64,000 nt of DNA from an uncultured Acidimicrobiales bacterium (GTDB lineage: Bacteria > Actinomycetota > Acidimicrobiia > Acidimicrobiales > UBA10347): positions 1,184-65,183 of the forward strand of contig CALDYC010000067.1 in assembly GCA_937941245.1 (NCBI GenBank), in the 5' to 3' direction. A program made the position numbers and the translations under genes. Under the pieces are notes generated by a model. It ran no database searches. It saw only the letters and a list, made by a program, of their open reading frames with translations, and was not told where the DNA came from. Of this stretch, positions 32,026 to 45,295 are shown piece by piece (the stretch's first letter is position 1; each line of letters begins with the position of its first letter).

Positions 32026-32487
32026 TCAGTCGCTCTGTTCCTGGGCTAACCACTTGGCTTCGATCCGGCTCTTCAATCGGCGCAGATTGCCTCGCCAGAT
32101 TGCTCGTAGCACCGGCTTGGAAACCACCGCACCGACCGGCCCGCCGAGATACCACGGAAACGTCAGAGTCTCGACCCACGAAAAGATCGTGGTAGACCCG
32201 CTGGTTCGCAAATCGAAGCGCCCCACGCCGCCGACAATTCCTTGGTGGCGTACACCCATCACCGCGGCGGTCTGCCACTCGGTGATCTCCATAATGTCGG
32301 TGAGCTTGATCGGGCCAACGACGGTGTCGCATTCGAATCGGGTGCCGAGACCCGACGATTGCTCTGAGATGAAGCGGATCTCCGCGGCGTCTTGCATCCA
32401 GGTCACGTGCGATGCGATGTCTTTGACGTCATCCCAGACGAACTCCGTCGGGGCATTGATGACCACTTCGACTGCGATGCCTGGCAT
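32026..32487 (-). CDS. SRPBCC family protein
   Basis: VEVVINAP..VWD....SHVTWM, GLGTRFEC, MEITEW, C-terminal helix GNLRRLK. Confidence 0.85.
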   Translation of the reverse strand: MPGIAVEVVINAPTEFVWDDVKDIASHVTWMQDAAEIRFISEQSSGLGTRFECDTVVGPIKLTDIMEITEWQTAAVMGVRHQGIVGGVGRFDLRTSGSTTIFSWVETLTFPWYLGGPVGAVVSKPVLRAIWRGNLRRLKSRIEAKWLAQEQSD

Positions 32488-32548
32488 AGAGGAAAGGGTA
32501 CGGCCGCCCGGTCGGGCTACGACTGTCTTGCTCGCTTGCTCGGTCGGG

Positions 32549-33370
32549 CTACGGGCTGGCTGATTGGTCGGCGCATCGCTCAAACCAGCTGACGCGACGC
32601 CTGGCTTCGGGTGTGAACGGGGCTCCGGCCCAGTCGCTGTTGGCTGCAACGAGGCGCAGACCAAGCGTTGATGCCACATCGTCGAGCGCCGCCGGTGTTT
32701 GGTGACAGAGGCGCCAAGGGCGCACGCGGGTACCCGTTCGGTGGAGCTCGATGTGCACCCCATCGATGAGGTCTGCTCCGGATCCGATGTCGGTGTCGCG
32801 TCGCGTGATCATCGCTACGACAGGTGACGGCTCGACACCCGGGCTCTGGATGGACCTGGTCGATACATCGATCAGGTGGCTCGCGTTCGCCGGCGCTGCG
32901 ACAAACATGTCGATTGCCAAAACACCGCCCACGGTGAGTGCCCGGCTGCATTCGGCGATGCACTGGCGTTGAGCGGCAACCGAGGCGAGATTGCACAACG
33001 TGTTGTAGGCGATGATGACGCCGTCGACCGATCCGGTGCGAATCGGCAATTGGGTCATATCGGCGCCGACGCGCTGTTCGGTCGTGGTTGAGCGGCGTAA
33101 CATGTCAATCGAGATATCAACGCCGGTGGTCTCGAAGCCGTGTGCCGCTAGCGGGCCAGCAAGTCGCCCAGTTCCCGATCCGAGTTCGACAACTCTGCCG
33201 CCGTCGGGCATGCGAGCTGCGAATGCGTCAACCAGGTCCGCTGGGTCGTCAAGCGCTGAGTACCAAGCGTCGTACACGTCAACGAACGACCGGGCGTACA
33301 GGCCTGAATCGAGCGCAGCGCGGTCGTCGGCGATCACGTGTGGCGTCGGCATGGGCAGACGCTCTGACAC
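32549..33370 (-). CDS. Class I SAM-dependent methyltransferase
   Basis: YDAWY, VVELGSGTGR, GVDISIDML, ADMT. Confidence 0.85.
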   Translation of the reverse strand: MSERLPMPTPHVIADDRAALDSGLYARSFVDVYDAWYSALDDPADLVDAFAARMPDGGRVVELGSGTGRLAGPLAAHGFETTGVDISIDMLRRSTTTEQRVGADMTQLPIRTGSVDGVIIAYNTLCNLASVAAQRQCIAECSRALTVGGVLAIDMFVAAPANASHLIDVSTRSIQSPGVEPSPVVAMITRRDTDIGSGADLIDGVHIELHRTGTRVRPWRLCHQTPAALDDVASTLGLRLVAANSDWAGAPFTPEARRRVSWFERCADQSASP

Positions 33371-33410
33371 GTGTCGACCGTAGTGGCCGGGTCGCTTCTA
33401 CGCTGTGCGT

Positions 33411-34628
33411 ATGGCTGCAGCCCCGGCGACGACGCCCGATATCTATCTGGACTGGGCTGCCAGCACTCCGATGCGCGCTGATGCAATCCAGGCAATGGTC
33501 GCCGCGGCGAATGAAGGGTTTGGTAACCCGACGGGATCGCATCATCAAGCCCGCACGGCTCGTCGGCTAGTAGACGACGCTCGCGACCTCGTGGCCGACG
33601 CCGTGGGCGCTGAGCCGTCCGAGGTCATCTTCTGCGGCAGCGGCACCGAAGCCGACAACCTTGCGGTGTTCGGCGCCTATCACCGCCTGGCGCAGAACGT
33701 CAATAACCCGTCTGTCGCCTGCGCTGCGGTCGAGCATCACGCGGTGTTGCATCCGGTCAAGCACCTGGGCGGGACCGTTGTTGACGTTGGCCAGGATGGA
33801 TTGATCGACCTCGATCAGGTCCGGTCGATCGCGAACGCCGATTTGGCCGTGCTGTCGGTCATGCTGGTCAATAACGAGACCGGCGTGATCCAGCCGCTCG
33901 AACCGTTGCGCGAGATTCTTGACGAGCACGCTCCTCAAGCCTTGCTGCATACCGACGCGGTCCAGGCATTTCCGTGGATCGACGTGTCGGCTGCGGCTGG
34001 GTGCGCGGACCTGATCAGTCTTTCGGGCCACAAGTTTGGTGGACCAAAGGGAGTCGGCGCGTTGATCGTCAGAGATCGAACCCGCATCGCCGCACAAGTG
34101 CTTGGTGGAGGACAGGAATTTGAGCTACGAAGCGGCACTCACAACGTCGCTGGCATCGCAGCATTTGGTGTTGCGGCCGAACGCATGCACAACGAACGGG
34201 CCGAGACCGTCGGCCGTGTCGCACGGCTACGAGATTCGCTGGTAGACGCACTGCGAGCCGAAATCCCAGATCTTGTCGAGTCCGCGGTCGGGGCCATGCA
34301 TCCTCACGGGCTCAGCGACCGCACGAACAAGGCAGCCGGAAGCGCACACGTGTGTTTCCCCGGAATCGAAAGCGAAGCGCTGTTGTTCCTCCTCGAACGC
34401 CAAGGACTCAGCGCCTCGGCAGCATCGTCGTGCGCGAGCGGAGCCCAAGACCCAAGCCACGTGCTCGCTGCAATGGGCTGGTCACGCGAACTCGCCGCCG
34501 GATCGCTTCGGCTATCGCTTGGCTTCGGCACGACCGAAGACGACGTGACACAAGCCGCCAAAATCGTGCCGAAGGCCGTACATCAGCTTCGGGCCTCGAC
34601 GTCGATTCCGAAACCGCAGGTCGCCTGA
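33411..34628 (+). CDS. iscS: Cysteine desulfurase (IscS/NifS family)
   Basis: YLDWAASTP, GTEADN, NNETG, HTDAVQA, SGHKFGGPKG, RSGT, SSCASG; adjacent to mnmA. Confidence 0.9.
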   Translation: MAAAPATTPDIYLDWAASTPMRADAIQAMVAAANEGFGNPTGSHHQARTARRLVDDARDLVADAVGAEPSEVIFCGSGTEADNLAVFGAYHRLAQNVNNPSVACAAVEHHAVLHPVKHLGGTVVDVGQDGLIDLDQVRSIANADLAVLSVMLVNNETGVIQPLEPLREILDEHAPQALLHTDAVQAFPWIDVSAAAGCADLISLSGHKFGGPKGVGALIVRDRTRIAAQVLGGGQEFELRSGTHNVAGIAAFGVAAERMHNERAETVGRVARLRDSLVDALRAEIPDLVESAVGAMHPHGLSDRTNKAAGSAHVCFPGIESEALLFLLERQGLSASAASSCASGAQDPSHVLAAMGWSRELAAGSLRLSLGFGTTEDDVTQAAKIVPKAVHQLRASTSIPKPQVA

Positions 34629-35668
34629 TGCAGGTCATGTGTGCCATGTCAGGTGGCGTCGACTCGTCGGTCGCTGCCGCACTGCTTCGCGATGCCGGCC
34701 ATGACGTGGTTGGCGTGACGATGAAGCTCTGGGGTGGGCCGAGCGACAAAGGTTGCTGCTCAGTTAGCGATGTTCTTGATGCCCGCCGGGCAGCAGATTT
34801 GATCGGCGTTGATCACCACGTCTTCAACTTTGGCGATGACTTCACGAGAGACGTCATCACGCCATACGTGACAGAACACCAGGCTGGCCGCACCCCGAAC
34901 CCGTGCATCGAGTGCAATCGGTCGATCAAATTCGCTCGGTTACTCGAACGCGCCGACGCACTCGGCTTTGACGCGGTTGCCACCGGGCATCACGTGCGCC
35001 TTGTCGACCAACCCGACGGAACGAAGCGACTGGGTCGTGCCGCGGACATGGCCAAAGACCAGAGCTACGTTCTGCACATGTTGTCGGTCGAAGATCTCGA
35101 CCGTGTGCTGTTCCCGGTCGGCGAAATGACCAAGGCCGATGTTCGCCAGGTCGCTGCTGATCTCGGCATGCGGGTTGCGGCTAAGCCGGACAGCCAGGAT
35201 GTGTGCTTCATCGCAAGCACGACGAGTCGCCAAGAGTTTCTTGGCGACCGTATGAGTTTTACGCCGGCCGACGTGATCGACCGCGAAGGCAAGGTCGTCG
35301 GCCATGTGGAATCGGTGCAATTGGTCACCATTGGTCAGCGCAAGGGTCTCGGCCTGCAAGGCGGCGGCCCGCCTCAGTGGGTCACTGATGTCGACGTTGC
35401 TGGACAGACGGTAACGATCGGCAACCGCAGCGACCTGCTATCGGCCTTCGTTGACGTTGATGAGATGGTCTGGACGGGCGGGGCTGCGATCAGCGGTGAT
35501 CTGCTTGCTCAGACCAGCGCCCACGGAACGGCGCGTTCAGCCCATGTTGACGGCAATCGCGTGCACTGGAGCGAGCCGAACGAGCGAGTTGCGCCGGGCC
35601 AAACTGTCGTCGTCTACCACGATGATGTTGTCGTCGGTGGGGGCATCGCCTGCCGAGATCGCGACTGA
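34628..35668 (+). CDS. mnmA: tRNA 2-thiouridine(34) synthase
   Basis: AMSGGVDSS, GRTPNPCIECN, ATGHH, KDQSY, DSQDVCF, TIGQRKGL, APGQ. Confidence 0.96.
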   Translation: MQVMCAMSGGVDSSVAAALLRDAGHDVVGVTMKLWGGPSDKGCCSVSDVLDARRAADLIGVDHHVFNFGDDFTRDVITPYVTEHQAGRTPNPCIECNRSIKFARLLERADALGFDAVATGHHVRLVDQPDGTKRLGRAADMAKDQSYVLHMLSVEDLDRVLFPVGEMTKADVRQVAADLGMRVAAKPDSQDVCFIASTTSRQEFLGDRMSFTPADVIDREGKVVGHVESVQLVTIGQRKGLGLQGGGPPQWVTDVDVAGQTVTIGNRSDLLSAFVDVDEMVWTGGAAISGDLLAQTSAHGTARSAHVDGNRVHWSEPNERVAPGQTVVVYHDDVVVGGGIACRDRD

Positions 35669-35706
35669 CGTCCGGCCGAAAAGCTCGGCCCGTCGGTCCT
35701 GATTCG

Positions 35707-36588
35707 TTATCGAACCGGAAGAGACCGACGTTCGGCCTCGTCGAGCAAGGCGCCGGGTCGAGTTGGGGCGAACAGAAAGCGGCGGACGTCGGTGATGTTC
35801 GCGGCTTGGGCGGTTGATCGTCGATTGTCCACCAGACCCAACGGCGCCGGATCAGTGAGCTCGCACTCAAGTAGCAGGCCCGCAGCGTTGCCAGACAGGT
35901 CACGTGCGGGGCTTCCGGCGATGGCTGCACCAAGACGTTCGACCGAACTTTGGCGAAACAGCACCGGCTCAGTAACGGTTGCATAGTCGTGCAGCACAAA
36001 TCCGTTTGGCACGAACACGATCCACCGCCGGGTCAGTTCGTACATTGCCCGGCCACCGATGAGCACGAGGGCCGCTCCGGCGCCGGTCGCGAGTACACCG
36101 AGGACCCACTGGCGGTGAGCGAGCAGCAGGGGACCGGCGACAAGCCCGGTCACGGTCGTTGCCCACGTGAGCGGAAGCCCAACGGTGAGTACCGAAATCT
36201 GTGGGCGGAGCAGCATGCGACGTTCGTTGCCGTAGCTAGCGCCATCGACGAAGAGGTCACCGATCAACTGGCTCAGCGCAACAACCGTGACCGCCACGCC
36301 GTGCGCGACCGCAATCGCTTCGCCACTTGTGGCTCCTGCTGTGAACAGCAGCCAGCCGCCGACACCGACGGTTGCAGGGGCAAGCGTACGAATGATCGCC
36401 AAAGTGCTCGGAAGCGGTAGCGCAACAGCGGCCAAGCCAATGGCCCAGAGCGCCCAGAGGCCGACAGCGACTGTCCATCGAACGGCGGCGTCATCGCCGC
36501 TGAGCGAGATGCTGACCTGGTCGATCAACGTCAGCGGCAGCAGAAACCACAGTGTGCGCAGTATCCAGATCGCTGCAGTCCGCATCAT
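35707..36588 (-). CDS. Hypothetical membrane protein
   Basis: About six hydrophobic segments and a soluble C-terminal domain. Confidence 0.7.
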   Translation of the reverse strand: MMRTAAIWILRTLWFLLPLTLIDQVSISLSGDDAAVRWTVAVGLWALWAIGLAAVALPLPSTLAIIRTLAPATVGVGGWLLFTAGATSGEAIAVAHGVAVTVVALSQLIGDLFVDGASYGNERRMLLRPQISVLTVGLPLTWATTVTGLVAGPLLLAHRQWVLGVLATGAGAALVLIGGRAMYELTRRWIVFVPNGFVLHDYATVTEPVLFRQSSVERLGAAIAGSPARDLSGNAAGLLLECELTDPAPLGLVDNRRSTAQAANITDVRRFLFAPTRPGALLDEAERRSLPVR

Positions 36589-36640
36589 GGCTACAGCCTG
36601 CCCGGATTCACCAGACGATCAACACGTGTTGCCCGTCGTT

Positions 36641-38699
<2,059 letters not shown>

Positions 38700-38756
38700 T
38701 CGCTCTCGGTCGAAACGCCATGCCAGCGCAGTAGGGCACGCGCGTGCTCTAGCCCG

Positions 38757-39173
38757 TCAGCTGGTGAAGAAGCACCAGGTGTAAATCTGGGCATTGGCGG
38801 GCCCCTGGGCAATCTCCCAGTAACGGGCCTGCATACAGTTCTGATCAGCCAACAGCGCCGTAACGGTCTTGTCTGCCCCCGGCCGATACGAGACCAAGTT
38901 GAGTCCGCGGACCTCTTGCATCTCCGAGCGCGGAATGGTCACGCCATTGACCACAAGCTCAGCGTCGTATCCAGCTGCGAGATCGATCACGATCTCGGTC
39001 TGGCTCAACACATTGTCGCCAGAAGCCGGGGTCACGGCCTGGATCGCTGTCGGCAAGCCGTTGTTCTCAGGGTTGTTCGCGTAAATGATGACGGCGGTCG
39101 CAAAGATCGCAGCGGCAAACGCCAGGATCGCCAACACCGTCAATCGTTGGGTCTTCGCCTGTGGCAGATCCAT
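38757..39173 (-). CDS. Hypothetical membrane-anchored exported protein
   Basis: N-terminal TM then beta-rich domain (VTPASGDNV..IVIDL..) with two Cys. Confidence 0.7.
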   Translation of the reverse strand: MDLPQAKTQRLTVLAILAFAAAIFATAVIIYANNPENNGLPTAIQAVTPASGDNVLSQTEIVIDLAAGYDAELVVNGVTIPRSEMQEVRGLNLVSYRPGADKTVTALLADQNCMQARYWEIAQGPANAQIYTWCFFTS

Positions 39174-39296
39174 ATCGCCAAGACTACGCCCAAGCCGTCG
39201 CAGCGACCGCGGTTGCGGCAGTGCGGCGCGTGTCACAACGTCTCGACACCACAGCGCCGCTGTCTGCAAACCATGGGGAACTACGCTCGTGCACCA

Positions 39297-41561
39297 ATGA
39301 CATCAGCAGTGTGGTCTGAATATCTCGGACAGGTGATTGCGGGCCGGTATCTGCTCGAGTCTGCCCTTCGGTCCGATGCTGCCGTCTTCGAGGCGCTCGA
39401 CACAACACGGCACGAGCACGTCTGTATCGAGTTGTTCGCGATCGCTGACGATGCCGAAGCCAGGGAACAGTTCCATACCCAGATTGGCGCTGCGGCGGAA
39501 CTCATTCACCCAAATATTGCGACCATTCACGACTGGGGAACCGATGAGGTCGCTTGGGTCGCGAGCGAATTGTGCGCCTATGGGACACTCGACGGCGCGT
39601 TGGTCGAGACAGGCTCGCTTACTCCTAGTCAAGCGGTCGTGCTTGGCATCGAGGTATCTCGTGCACTCGACTACGCCCACGAACTCGGATTTGTTCATGG
39701 GCGAATCACGTCCGCCCAGATCGCGCTCAACGCGGATCTGCGAACTCGCGTGCTCGGCATTGGGCTGCCGCTACATCTACTCGGCAAACCCGATGGCGCC
39801 GACCCAGAAATGCAACGCCGCCGCGCCGCAAGCTATGTCGCCCCTGAGCAGGCCAACGGCTCTCCCGCAACTCCCGCGAGCGACGTCTGGTCGCTCGCTC
39901 TAATCTTGAACGAGGCGGTATCGGCCATCGCTCCGCCCATCGGCGAGTCGCTGGTTGACACGCTTCGGATGCGGGCCGAAGAACCGGTGGAACCCGATGC
40001 CGACTTGGATGAGATCCGCGACGTCGTCGCCGCTGCGATGGACCGACAGCCAACTGAGCGGCCAACTGCAAGCATGTTTGCCGAAGCGTTGATGGACGTC
40101 GCCGAAGGCATGGCTGCCCCGGTGGCCTTTGCGTGGTCACGCCCCGCAACCAGTCCGGTTCTTGCGGACAGCGACCCGTCACCCGGCGATGAGCTCGACT
40201 CGGTCGGCGCGGGTTCCACCGATGCTGAATTGGCAGAAGCCGACCTGTCTAGTGAGTTCGACATTTTTCAAATCGACCCTGAGCCTGCAGACGTCGACGC
40301 ATCCGACCTTGCGTCGGCCGGCGATGAGTCGGCAGAGTTCGATACATACGACACATACGACCTTCCGCCGATCGAAGGTGACCCTGCGGAGGTCGATGCA
40401 TACGACTCTTCGCTGGTCCATGATGGGCCGTCGGCTGCCGTTGATGAGTCTGTTGACGTCCCGACCAGCGACATATCACCACTCGGACCTACCGACGCGC
40501 TCGACCGCGAGACGGTGTCCCATGTGGGCGGGGGCGATCCCATCGATGCGCCGGTCAGCGTTCCCCGAAGCGTGGTGGCAACAGCCGCCATCGACGACGA
40601 TGACGTCGGCCCGCTTCCGGCCTGGCCGCTCGTGGCCCTGTTCGTGCTCGTTGCAGCGGCACTCGGCGCAGTCGCAGTGTCGTGGCTCACCAGCGGAGGA
40701 ATCGGTTCTTCTTCGGTACCTGACGTCACCGGCCAGCCATTCGACGCGGCCTCGTCAGAGCTCATCGCCGATGGCTGGAGCGTCGAGCGTCTCGAGACTC
40801 GTTCGGCCGACGCAGAACCGGGCGACGTCGTCGCTCAGTCGCCAGAACCGGGAGCCGACGCCTCGCGGTCCGAGCCAGTGTCGCTGACGGTGACGCTCGG
40901 CAAGGATCTGGTCGAGATTCCTGATGACATGGTCGGTCTGACCGTGCCTCAAGCCGAGGAACGACTCAGGCTGGTCGGGCTCAACGTCGGCAGCCTGGAT
41001 CGCGTGAACAGCGAGGCGCTCGCGTCGGGTTTGGTGCTTGGCACCGACGAGCCCACCACGCAGAAACCCGAAGGCGAAGCGGTCGACCTGCGCGTCTCGT
41101 TGGGCCCGGCCGACCGCCAGATCCCGAACTCGATCATCGGTGCCACAATTGCCGATGCAACCGCCACGCTTACCTCGCTTCGTATCGGCATCGTCGAAGA
41201 AGAGGTATTTGACGAGGCAGTGCCGGTCGGCGTGGTTGTCTCGATCATCCCCGGTCCCGGAACCTCGGTTGCCGCTGATTCGGTGGTGCAGGTGCAAGTC
41301 AGCGCCGGACCGGCCCCAGTGGTTGTACCAGATGTGATCGGACTCGGTCTTGGCGAAGCGCGAGAGCTTCTCGAAGGACTTGGTCTGCTCTTCATTGACA
41401 GCCGCGGCACCCCAGGCGAGCCAGCAATCGGTTCAGCGCCGCCTGCGGGCCAGGAAGTAGACGTCGGTTCGGAGTTCATCATCATCCTCGGTGAGCCGAG
41501 CGACAACGAAGAGGGCGAGCCGGGCGAGCCAAACGACGGTGACGAGGTCAGCGACAACTGA
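39297..41561 (+). CDS. PknB-like protein: kinase-fold domain lacking catalytic motifs, acidic linker, TM, four PASTA domains
   Basis: IAGRY, LIHPNIATIHDWG, YVAPEQ, SDVWSL; repeats VPDVTG/IPDDMVG/IPNSIIG/VPDVIG. Confidence 0.88.
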   Translation: MTSAVWSEYLGQVIAGRYLLESALRSDAAVFEALDTTRHEHVCIELFAIADDAEAREQFHTQIGAAAELIHPNIATIHDWGTDEVAWVASELCAYGTLDGALVETGSLTPSQAVVLGIEVSRALDYAHELGFVHGRITSAQIALNADLRTRVLGIGLPLHLLGKPDGADPEMQRRRAASYVAPEQANGSPATPASDVWSLALILNEAVSAIAPPIGESLVDTLRMRAEEPVEPDADLDEIRDVVAAAMDRQPTERPTASMFAEALMDVAEGMAAPVAFAWSRPATSPVLADSDPSPGDELDSVGAGSTDAELAEADLSSEFDIFQIDPEPADVDASDLASAGDESAEFDTYDTYDLPPIEGDPAEVDAYDSSLVHDGPSAAVDESVDVPTSDISPLGPTDALDRETVSHVGGGDPIDAPVSVPRSVVATAAIDDDDVGPLPAWPLVALFVLVAAALGAVAVSWLTSGGIGSSSVPDVTGQPFDAASSELIADGWSVERLETRSADAEPGDVVAQSPEPGADASRSEPVSLTVTLGKDLVEIPDDMVGLTVPQAEERLRLVGLNVGSLDRVNSEALASGLVLGTDEPTTQKPEGEAVDLRVSLGPADRQIPNSIIGATIADATATLTSLRIGIVEEEVFDEAVPVGVVVSIIPGPGTSVAADSVVQVQVSAGPAPVVVPDVIGLGLGEARELLEGLGLLFIDSRGTPGEPAIGSAPPAGQEVDVGSEFIIILGEPSDNEEGEPGEPNDGDEVSDN

Positions 41562-41578
41562 CCGACGGCAGTGGTTGT

Positions 41579-41998
41579 TCAGGCGGTGATTGCTTCGAGC
41601 CGGCTGACGACCTTCTCAGCGAGTGCCTGCTGGTCGGCCGTGGGATCCATGTCTTGGAGGTCCAGCAAACGCGAAACATCGCCTTCGACGGTGATCTCAC
41701 CGCTCATGAACGCAATCATCAGGGCTTCGAAATCTTGATTGACAAGCATGTTGCGGGCTACTTCGTAGGGCAAATGTACGGTGACGTCCGCCTGCTCAAG
41801 ATGGCCGAGGTCAGGCACCAGGCTTCCGGCTGACGTATCTACATGCCCAAGAACCGTGCCATCATCAAATGGCGCATCGGTGACCGTGACATTGAGCTGT
41901 AGCGGATCGTCGGGAATCGTGAAGTCAGCTTCGAATTCGGATTGGATCTCGCGTGCGGCGGCGATCCACGAATTGGACAGAAAGACATGTCGACTCAC
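41579..41998 (-). CDS. SCP2 sterol-binding-domain-like protein
   Basis: FLSNSWI, ADVTV, AFMSGEITVEGD. Confidence 0.75.
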   Translation of the reverse strand: MSRHVFLSNSWIAAAREIQSEFEADFTIPDDPLQLNVTVTDAPFDDGTVLGHVDTSAGSLVPDLGHLEQADVTVHLPYEVARNMLVNQDFEALMIAFMSGEITVEGDVSRLLDLQDMDPTADQQALAEKVVSRLEAITA

Positions 41999-42105
41999 GG
42001 CTTCACGGTACCAACGGCGGTGGTCACGGCTGCAGCCGGTCGCAGACCCTGCCGCGATCAGCGTCAGCGATACGATCTGACCGTGATGAACGAATGGTGT
42101 GACCG

Positions 42106-42405
42106 ATGAGCGAACGAATCACCCGAGACGAGGTGGCGCACGTTGGGCAACTGGCGCGTCTGGTGATCACAGACGATGAGTTGACGATGTTCACTGAACA
42201 ACTCGGCGCAGTGCTCGACACCGCAAGCGATCTTGCTGCACTTGATCTATCGGGGGTCGAACCCATGGCACAGCCATGCGCTCTCACGAATGTCACCCGG
42301 CCAGACGTGATCGAACCAAGCCTTGGGCGCGACGAGGTCCTCGCCATGGCCCCAGCAGCCCAAGATGGTCGCTTCCGGGTACCGCCGGCCCTCGGTGAAG
42401 CATGA
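42106..42405 (+). CDS. gatC: Asp/Glu-tRNA amidotransferase subunit C
   Basis: [26 protein letters not shown]. Confidence 0.95.
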   Translation: MSERITRDEVAHVGQLARLVITDDELTMFTEQLGAVLDTASDLAALDLSGVEPMAQPCALTNVTRPDVIEPSLGRDEVLAMAPAAQDGRFRVPPALGEA

Positions 42406-43880
42406 TGAACGCCCAACTGACGGCGATCGAAACTGCTGCACGGGTGCGCTCGGGCGACATGACAGCGGTTGAGGCCCTAGCCCAATCACAGGCCGCGGTT
42501 ACCGCTCGCGACGCAGACGTGCGTGCATTTCTGCATCTCACCGATGACCGCGCAGCCGAACAGGCCGACCGGGTCGATGCACAGGTCGCTCAGGGCCAAG
42601 ACCCGGGCCCGCTGGCAGGTGTCCCGATCGCGATCAAGGACAACATGTGCACCCGCGGTGCTCCCACGACGTGTAGCTCCAAAATGCTTGAAGGCTGGAA
42701 GCCCCCCTATGACGCCACCGTCGTCAGCAGGCTTGAAGCGGCTGGAGCGCTCGTGGTCGGTAAGACCAACCTGGACGAATTCGCGATGGGTTCATCAACC
42801 GAGAATTCGGCGTTTGGCCCGACCCGAAACCCCCACGATCTCACCCGGGTACCTGGAGGCTCGAGTGGCGGTTCCGCAGCAGCTGTTGCAGCCGGATTCG
42901 TCCCGCTTTCACTCGGAAGCGATACCGGTGGGTCGATCCGCCAACCGGCAGCCTTGTGTGGCGTAGTTGGTTTCAAACCGACCTACGGAGCGGTGTCTCG
43001 GTACGGGCTGATCGCATTTGCCAGCTCGCTTGACCAGATCGGGCCGTTCGCGTCAACTGTCGCAGACGCTGCGTTGTGTTTCGACACGATCGGCGGACAC
43101 GACCCTCGCGATGCGACGTCGATTCCGTCTGCGATTCCCTCGGCGGCTGCAGCGCTCGGCAACGGTGTGGCTGGCAAGCGCATCGGGATCATCGACGAGC
43201 TCATGGGCGAAGGCATCGATGACGATGTTCGGGCTCGAGTCGAGCAAGCTGCGGCAGCGCTGGCCGACGCAGGAGCGACGGTCGAACGAGTGAGCGTGCC
43301 CGCAACCATTTACGGGCTCGCCGCGTACTACCTCATCGCTCCAGCCGAAGCGTCGAGCAACCTGGCCCGCTACGACGGCGTTCGTTACGGTCAACGCGTC
43401 GACGGAGTCAACGTCGAAGAGATGAATGCAGCGACCCGAACTGCGGGATTCGGTGATGAGGTCAAGCGTCGCATCATGCTTGGTACCTACGCGTTGTCCT
43501 CTGGCTATTACGACGCGTATTACGGCAAGGCTCAACGGGTGCGAACCTTGATCGCGAACGAGTTTGCCCAGGCCTACTCGTCGTTCGATCTGTTGATGTC
43601 GCCAACGTCTCCATCGACGGCGTTCGAGCTCGGGGCCAAGAGCGACCCGATGTCGCTGTACATGTGCGATGTGTGCACCATCCCGTCGAACTTGGTTGGG
43701 CACCCTGCACTATCAGTGCCGTTCGGTGTCGGTGACGACGGACTGCCAGTCGGCGTGCAGCTGCTTGCGCCGCTACTTGGCGACGACGAGCTGTTCGCTG
43801 CTGGTCAGGTGCTCGAAGATGCCAACCCGACCGATGCGACCGCATCTGGTTCAGAAATCCGCGGAGAGGTACGGCCATGA
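42402..43880 (+). CDS. gatA: Asp/Glu-tRNA amidotransferase subunit A
   Basis: [52 protein letters not shown]. Confidence 0.98.
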   Translation: MMNAQLTAIETAARVRSGDMTAVEALAQSQAAVTARDADVRAFLHLTDDRAAEQADRVDAQVAQGQDPGPLAGVPIAIKDNMCTRGAPTTCSSKMLEGWKPPYDATVVSRLEAAGALVVGKTNLDEFAMGSSTENSAFGPTRNPHDLTRVPGGSSGGSAAAVAAGFVPLSLGSDTGGSIRQPAALCGVVGFKPTYGAVSRYGLIAFASSLDQIGPFASTVADAALCFDTIGGHDPRDATSIPSAIPSAAAALGNGVAGKRIGIIDELMGEGIDDDVRARVEQAAAALADAGATVERVSVPATIYGLAAYYLIAPAEASSNLARYDGVRYGQRVDGVNVEEMNAATRTAGFGDEVKRRIMLGTYALSSGYYDAYYGKAQRVRTLIANEFAQAYSSFDLLMSPTSPSTAFELGAKSDPMSLYMCDVCTIPSNLVGHPALSVPFGVGDDGLPVGVQLLAPLLGDDELFAAGQVLEDANPTDATASGSEIRGEVRP

Positions 43881-45295
43881 GTGAGCTTCCTGACGGCTGG
43901 GAGATGGTTATCGGGCTCGAAGTCCATGTCGAACTCGCGACCCAGACCAAACTGTTCTGTCCGTGCGCCAACGCGTTTGGCGATGAGCCCAACACCAACA
44001 TCTGCCCGACCTGCCTGGGGCTGCCTGGCTCGCTTCCGGTTCCGAACGCACAAGCAATTGACTACGCGATGACGCTTGGCCACGCTCTCGGGTGCACCGT
44101 TGCTGGGTCGGTCTTCGCCCGCAAGAACTATTTCTACCCGGACATGCCGAAGGACTACCAAACCACCCAGTACGAGCATCCGACAAACGAGAACGGCTCA
44201 ATCACGTTGGGTGATGGCACCGTGATCGGCGTCGAACGCGCTCACATCGAAGAGGACACTGGCAAGTCCACCCACCTCGGTGGAGGTGGTCGAATTCATG
44301 ATGCGACGGCGACCTTGGTCGACTACAACCGAGCGGGCGTGCCGCTCGTTGAGGTCGTCAGCCGGCCCGAAATGCGCTCGGCGGACCAGGCTCGGGCCTA
44401 TGTCTCGGAGCTACGTGACATCTTGCTGGCTACCGGCGTGAGCGATGCGCGTATGGAAGAAGGCTCGATGAGGGTCGACGCGAATGTGTCGGTGCGTCCG
44501 GTGGGTAGCGATGAGCTGCGTACCCGGTGCGAGTTGAAGAACATCAACTCGATGCGATCTCTGGGCCGAGCAATCAACTACGAGGCTCGGCGTCATGTCG
44601 ATCTCTATGAGTCGGGCCAGTCGCCAAACCAACAGACCCGGCACTGGGATGAGGATGGCGGACGATCGACGCCCGGGCGTTCCAAAGAAGACGCTGACGA
44701 CTACCGGTATTTCGCCTGTCCTGATCTTCCGCCGTTGGTTCCGACGGACGAAGAAATGCAGGCAATTCGAGCAGGACTGCCGGTGTTGCCGGCAGCTCGC
44801 CGCCAGGCTCTGGCCGATGCGACCGGTATCGAAGCCGGCCAAGCGGTTCTTGCGGTTGAGCGTGGGCTCGATGCATTGGCGATCGCCGCGGTGCGGGCCG
44901 GAGCGCCCGGCGATGTTGTGATCAAACACGTTGACCAGAACCTTTCTGATGGCGCTGGTCAGCTCGACGGGCCCATGCTCGCCAAGCTGGTCGGGCTCGA
45001 AGTCAGCGGAGCGCTGAGTGCTACGCAGGTGAAGACCGTGCTTGGTGAACTGGTGGCCAGCGGTGGCGACCCGGCAGATGTTGCAGCTTCGATGGGTTTC
45101 GAAGCCATGGACAGTTCCGAGCTGGCGACGTTGCTTGATCAGCTGATCGCAGACAACCCCGACGAGTGGCAACGGTTTACTGAAGGTGACACCAAGGTGC
45201 AGGGATTCTTTGTCGGCCAGATCATGAAGGCCACGCAGGGCAAGGCTGATGGCAAGATTGTCAATCAGCTGATGAAAGAGCGAAGCTCAGGTTGA
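43877..45295 (+). CDS. gatB: Asp/Glu-tRNA amidotransferase subunit B
   Basis: [49 protein letters not shown]. Confidence 0.98.
   Translation: MSELPDGWEMVIGLEVHVELATQTKLFCPCANAFGDEPNTNICPTCLGLPGSLPVPNAQAIDYAMTLGHALGCTVAGSVFARKNYFYPDMPKDYQTTQYEHPTNENGSITLGDGTVIGVERAHIEEDTGKSTHLGGGGRIHDATATLVDYNRAGVPLVEVVSRPEMRSADQARAYVSELRDILLATGVSDARMEEGSMRVDANVSVRPVGSDELRTRCELKNINSMRSLGRAINYEARRHVDLYESGQSPNQQTRHWDEDGGRSTPGRSKEDADDYRYFACPDLPPLVPTDEEMQAIRAGLPVLPAARRQALADATGIEAGQAVLAVERGLDALAIAAVRAGAPGDVVIKHVDQNLSDGAGQLDGPMLAKLVGLEVSGALSATQVKTVLGELVASGGDPADVAASMGFEAMDSSELATLLDQLIADNPDEWQRFTEGDTKVQGFFVGQIMKATQGKADGKIVNQLMKERSSG

Noticed and set aside
38916-39296. Long N-terminal extensions in the ORF track (881-aa kinase, 695-aa GuaA, 574-aa GuaB, 1544-aa Lhr)
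   Set aside because: They overlap neighbouring genes or promoters; homology and -10/RBS positions support later starts
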